Source: Polyangiales bacterium
GTDB lineage: Bacteria; Myxococcota_A; Polyangia; Polyangiales; Polyangiaceae
Assembly (NCBI GenBank): GCA_038231275.1
Contig: JBBRLQ010000005.1
Coordinates: 224,001 to 288,000, forward strand
DNA length: 64,000 bases
Reading direction: 5' to 3'
Shown piece after piece: positions 60,641 to 64,000 of this stretch. Position numbers and translations under genes: made by a program. Below the pieces are notes generated by a model. That model was given only the letters and a program-made list of their open reading frames with translations. It was not told the DNA's origin and did no database searches. The first letter of the stretch is position 1, and every line of letters begins with the position of its first letter.

Positions 60641-61789
60641 ATGGACTTCTCCCACTCCGAGCACCACGACCTCCTCCGCAAATCCGTCCGCGATTTCGCG
60701 CGCGCGGAGGTCGCCCCCCACGCCCGCAAGTGGGACGAAGAGGAGCGCTTTCCGAAGGAGCTCGTCCCTAAGCTGGCCGCGCTCGGCCTCCTCGGGATCC
60801 GCATCCCCGAGGAGTACGGCGGCTCGGGGATGGACACGACGAGCTACGCGATCTGCGTGGAAGAGATCGCGAAGATCGACGGCTCCCTTGCGCTGACCGT
60901 CGCCTCCCACAACGGCCTTGGCACCGGTCACATCCTGAGCTTCGGCAGCGACGCGCAGAAGAAGAAGTACTTGCCGAAGGCCGCGACGGGGGAGTGGCTC
61001 GCCGCGTGGGCGCTGACCGAGCCGGGCAGCGGCAGCGATGCGGCCGGTCTCCTCACGACGGCGCGCCGCGACGGCGACGACTGGATCATCAACGGCACGA
61101 AGATGTTCATCACACAGGGGAGCGTGGGCGGTTTCTGCGTCGTCCTCGCGCGCACGAACCCCGACGTCGCCAAGCAAAGGGGCATCACCGCCTTCGTCGT
61201 CGAGCACGGAACGAAAGGGTTCTCCGCGTCCAAACACCTCGAGAAGCTTGGCTGCCGTTCGAGCGACACGTGCGAGCTCACGTTCGACGAGGTGAGGGTC
61301 TCCGACGCGCAGCGCATCGGCGAGGTCGATCGCGGCTTCATCGACACGATGCAGATCCTCGATCGCGGGCGCATCTCGATCGCCGCGATGGCCCTCGGCC
61401 TGGGCAACGGCGCGCTCGACATGGCGGTCACCTACGCGAAGGACCGGAAGCAGTTCGGCAAGCCGATCGCCGAATTCCAAGCCATCCAGTGGATGCTCGC
61501 CGACTCGAAGACCGAGCTCGACGCAGCGTCCCTGCTCACGTACCGCGCGGCGTGGCTTGCTGATGAGGGGCGCCGGTACGGGCAAGAGGCGTCGATGGCG
61601 AAGCTCTACGCGAGCGAGGCGGCGTCGCGCGCGATCAACCGGTCGCTGCAGGTGCACGGCGGCTATGGCTACACGCGCGAGTTCGCAGTGGAGCGCCACC
61701 TCCGGGACGCGAAGATCTGCGAGATCGGCGAAGGGACGAGCGAGGTTCAGCGGATCGTCATCGCGAAGGGCCTCCTTCACGCGACGTGA
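60641..61789 (+). CDS. Acyl-CoA dehydrogenase
   Basis: ALTEPGSGSD, NGTKMFIT, RKQFGKPI, GGYGY, IGEGTSEVQR. Confidence 0.97.
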   Translation: MDFSHSEHHDLLRKSVRDFARAEVAPHARKWDEEERFPKELVPKLAALGLLGIRIPEEYGGSGMDTTSYAICVEEIAKIDGSLALTVASHNGLGTGHILSFGSDAQKKKYLPKAATGEWLAAWALTEPGSGSDAAGLLTTARRDGDDWIINGTKMFITQGSVGGFCVVLARTNPDVAKQRGITAFVVEHGTKGFSASKHLEKLGCRSSDTCELTFDEVRVSDAQRIGEVDRGFIDTMQILDRGRISIAAMALGLGNGALDMAVTYAKDRKQFGKPIAEFQAIQWMLADSKTELDAASLLTYRAAWLADEGRRYGQEASMAKLYASEAASRAINRSLQVHGGYGYTREFAVERHLRDAKICEIGEGTSEVQRIVIAKGLLHAT

Positions 61790-61793
61790 AATC

Positions 61794-63032
61794 ATGAAGA
61801 GCGTCCAAGAGGCCCTCGATCTCATGATGCCGGCGTTCGCACCGCTGGGGACCGAGCGACTCGCGCTCGCCGACGCGCTGGGGCGCCACCTCGGGGAGGA
61901 CGCGGCGGCGCGGCATGATCTGCCACCGTTCGCGAACAGCAGCATGGACGGCTACGCGGTGCGCGCGCGCGACACGGATGGCGCCACCGAAGCCACGCCG
62001 CGCACGCTCGCCGTCATCGGCGAGTCGCGCACCGGAGGCCCGCCGCCTCCCCCGCTCGCCGAGGGAGCCGCGATGCGCATCTTCACGGGCGCCGTCTTGC
62101 CGGAGGGTGCGGACGCGATCGTCATCCAGGAGAACACGACCAGAGAGGGCGCGAGCATCGCGATTCGAAAGGCCGCGATGCCCGCCGACTGGGTACGCCC
62201 GCGCGCCGGCGATCTCGCGCTCGGCGCCACGATGCTCGCGCGCGGCGCGCACCTCGGGCCCGGCGAGATCGGCATCCTCGCGGCGCAAGGCATCGCCGCC
62301 GTCAGCGCGTACTGCCGGCCGCGCGTCGCGATCCTCTCCACCGGCGACGAGCTCCGCGATCTTCACGACCCGGTCGTACCCGGGTCGATCGTGAACTCCA
62401 ACGCCTACGCTCTGGCCGCGCAGGTCCGCGACGCCGGGTGCGAGCCCATCGTGCTCCCCAACGTTCCCGACGATATGGACGCGACGCTCGCGGCGCTCCG
62501 CGCGGGGCTGACGGCCGATGTCCTCCTCACGATCGGCGGCGTGTCGGTCGGCGACTACGATCTCGTCAAGGATGCCTTCGCGACCCTAGGGATCGAGGCC
62601 GGGTTCTGGAAGGTGCGCATCAAGCCTGGCAAGCCGCTCATCTTCGGACGCCGCGGCGCGACGCCGGTGGTCGGGTTGCCGGGCAATCCGATGAGCGCGA
62701 TGGTGACGTTCGAGGCGCTCGTCCGACCTGGGCTCCGGGCGATGCTCGGGGATCCGCGCCCGTTTCGCGTCCGGCACGCGCTGCCGCTCGCCGCGGCGTA
62801 CCGCCACCACGCAGGCCGCCTCGAGCTGGTCCGCGCGAAGGTCACCGTCGACGGCGGCCGCCTCGTCGCCGCGCCGCTGCGCCATCAGGACTCCGGCTCC
62901 CTCCCGTCGTGGGTGGGCGTCGACGCGTTGCTCCTCCTCGCCGAGGATCGGACGACGTACGACGCGGGCGAGCTCGTCCCCGCACTGTTCGTTCGCGATG
63001 GCACCGGGAGCGCCGTCTCTCCGTTCGCCTGA
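61794..63032 (+). CDS. moeA: Molybdopterin molybdotransferase
   Basis: PPFANSSMDGYA, IFTGA, STGDEL, NSN, GGVSVGDYD, KPGKP, GLPGNP. Confidence 0.96.
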   Translation: MKSVQEALDLMMPAFAPLGTERLALADALGRHLGEDAAARHDLPPFANSSMDGYAVRARDTDGATEATPRTLAVIGESRTGGPPPPPLAEGAAMRIFTGAVLPEGADAIVIQENTTREGASIAIRKAAMPADWVRPRAGDLALGATMLARGAHLGPGEIGILAAQGIAAVSAYCRPRVAILSTGDELRDLHDPVVPGSIVNSNAYALAAQVRDAGCEPIVLPNVPDDMDATLAALRAGLTADVLLTIGGVSVGDYDLVKDAFATLGIEAGFWKVRIKPGKPLIFGRRGATPVVGLPGNPMSAMVTFEALVRPGLRAMLGDPRPFRVRHALPLAAAYRHHAGRLELVRAKVTVDGGRLVAAPLRHQDSGSLPSWVGVDALLLLAEDRTTYDAGELVPALFVRDGTGSAVSPFA

Positions 63033-63045
63033 GAGGGCCTTCGGA

Positions 63046-63999
63046 TCAGCGACGTCGCGGCGCGTTCGCCAACATCTCCGGTGTGTCGACGTCGAGGTGG
63101 ACCGCAGCGTCGTCAACGGTCACGGTTCGCACTGCGCCGGCGTGGCTCTCCAGGAGCTCGCGCGCGCCTACGTCGCCGCCGAGCTTGCGCATCTCACCGA
63201 AATGGCGCGAGGACCAGAGCACGGGGTGGCCGCGCTTGCGCTCATGGACCGGCACGCAGATCGTGTACGGGCCCGCCGGATCGAACGCGTCGATCAGCGC
63301 GTCCACGTGCTCGGCGCGGATCCAGGGCATGTCACCGAGGGCGACGAGCACGCCGTCGACGTCGCCTTCGAGAGCCGTGACGCCCGCGCGGAGCGACGTG
63401 CCGAGGCCCTCCTCGTACGCCGCGTTCTCGACGAAGCGCACGGCGAGTCCTTCGAGCGCCGCGCGGACGAGCTCCGCTTGGTGCCCCACGACCACGAAGA
63501 TCGGACCCGCCTTGGACGCGAGGAACGTCTCCACGACCTGGCGTACGATCGGTGCGCCGTCGAGCTCGGCGAGCAGCTTGTTGGGCCCGCCCATGCGGCG
63601 CGACATGCCGGCGGCGAGGACGAGCGCCGCGACACGCGACGACCGTGGAAGGCTCTCCGCGCGACGTGGCGACGGACGACCGGAGACCTCGGCGAGCAAA
63701 CCTCCCGCGCCGAGCCGCGTCAGGTCGCCGCGCGTGACGGTGAGGCTCGCCGCCAGCCGTCGGAGGATCCAATCGAACCCCGAGTGCTGAAGCGAGCGCG
63801 CGCATCCGGGGACGCCGACGATGGGCGTCGCCCCTTTGCGCCCGAGGAGCAGGAGATTTCCGGGATCGACCGGCATGCCGAGGTGCTCGACGACGCCGCC
63901 GATTCGCTCGATCGCGGCGGGCACCACGTCTCTCCTATCCACGATCGCGGAGGCTCCGAGGACCAGGACGAGGTCGAGCCCCTCGGCCACGAGAGCGTC
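63046..63999 (-). CDS. Molybdopterin-binding domain + Moco nucleotidyltransferase (MocA-like) fusion, 5' partial
   Basis: GMPVDPGNLL, GVPGCARS; LAAGMSRRMG..NKLL, LGDMP, GHPV, GDVGAR, DVDTP. Confidence 0.88.
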   Translation of the reverse strand, partial: DALVAEGLDLVLVLGASAIVDRRDVVPAAIERIGGVVEHLGMPVDPGNLLLLGRKGATPIVGVPGCARSLQHSGFDWILRRLAASLTVTRGDLTRLGAGGLLAEVSGRPSPRRAESLPRSSRVAALVLAAGMSRRMGGPNKLLAELDGAPIVRQVVETFLASKAGPIFVVVGHQAELVRAALEGLAVRFVENAAYEEGLGTSLRAGVTALEGDVDGVLVALGDMPWIRAEHVDALIDAFDPAGPYTICVPVHERKRGHPVLWSSRHFGEMRKLGGDVGARELLESHAGAVRTVTVDDAAVHLDVDTPEMLANAPRRR

Positions 64000-64000
64000 G

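Overview
Very GC-rich bacterial chromosomal DNA with a myxobacterial, Polyangiales/Labilithrix-like character: many lipoproteins with Cys-rich or low-complexity regions, an FHA-sigma54 activator, a Ser/Thr kinase, PilT paralogues and an extended IF3. The taxonomy is inferred from gene content. About 55 genes are recognisable. Core blocks are pntAB, a classical menaquinone cluster (ispB-like, menG, menF, menD, menH, menB, menA, menC, menE), rbgA, thrS, infC, an acyl-CoA dehydrogenase, moeA and a partial Moco nucleotidyltransferase fusion. No rRNA, tRNA, CRISPR array, integrase or transposase was seen. The best candidates for new biology are: (1) a CrtC/AttH lipocalin-like domain fused to a GGPPS-like prenyl synthase directly after the men cluster; (2) a compact pentameric ligand-gated ion channel downstream of a lipoprotein metallophosphatase; (3) an orphan diadenylate-cyclase-like protein; (4) a HEAT-repeat PilT with a degenerate His box paired with a canonical PilT; (5) a sigma54 promoter with a tandem-repeat enhancer feeding an FHA-activator. 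Also seen are an ice-binding lipoprotein, a Cys-free glutaredoxin, signs of widespread leaderless transcription, a TAGAGCAA palindrome family and three broken genes. All family calls come from motif reading; no searches were run.
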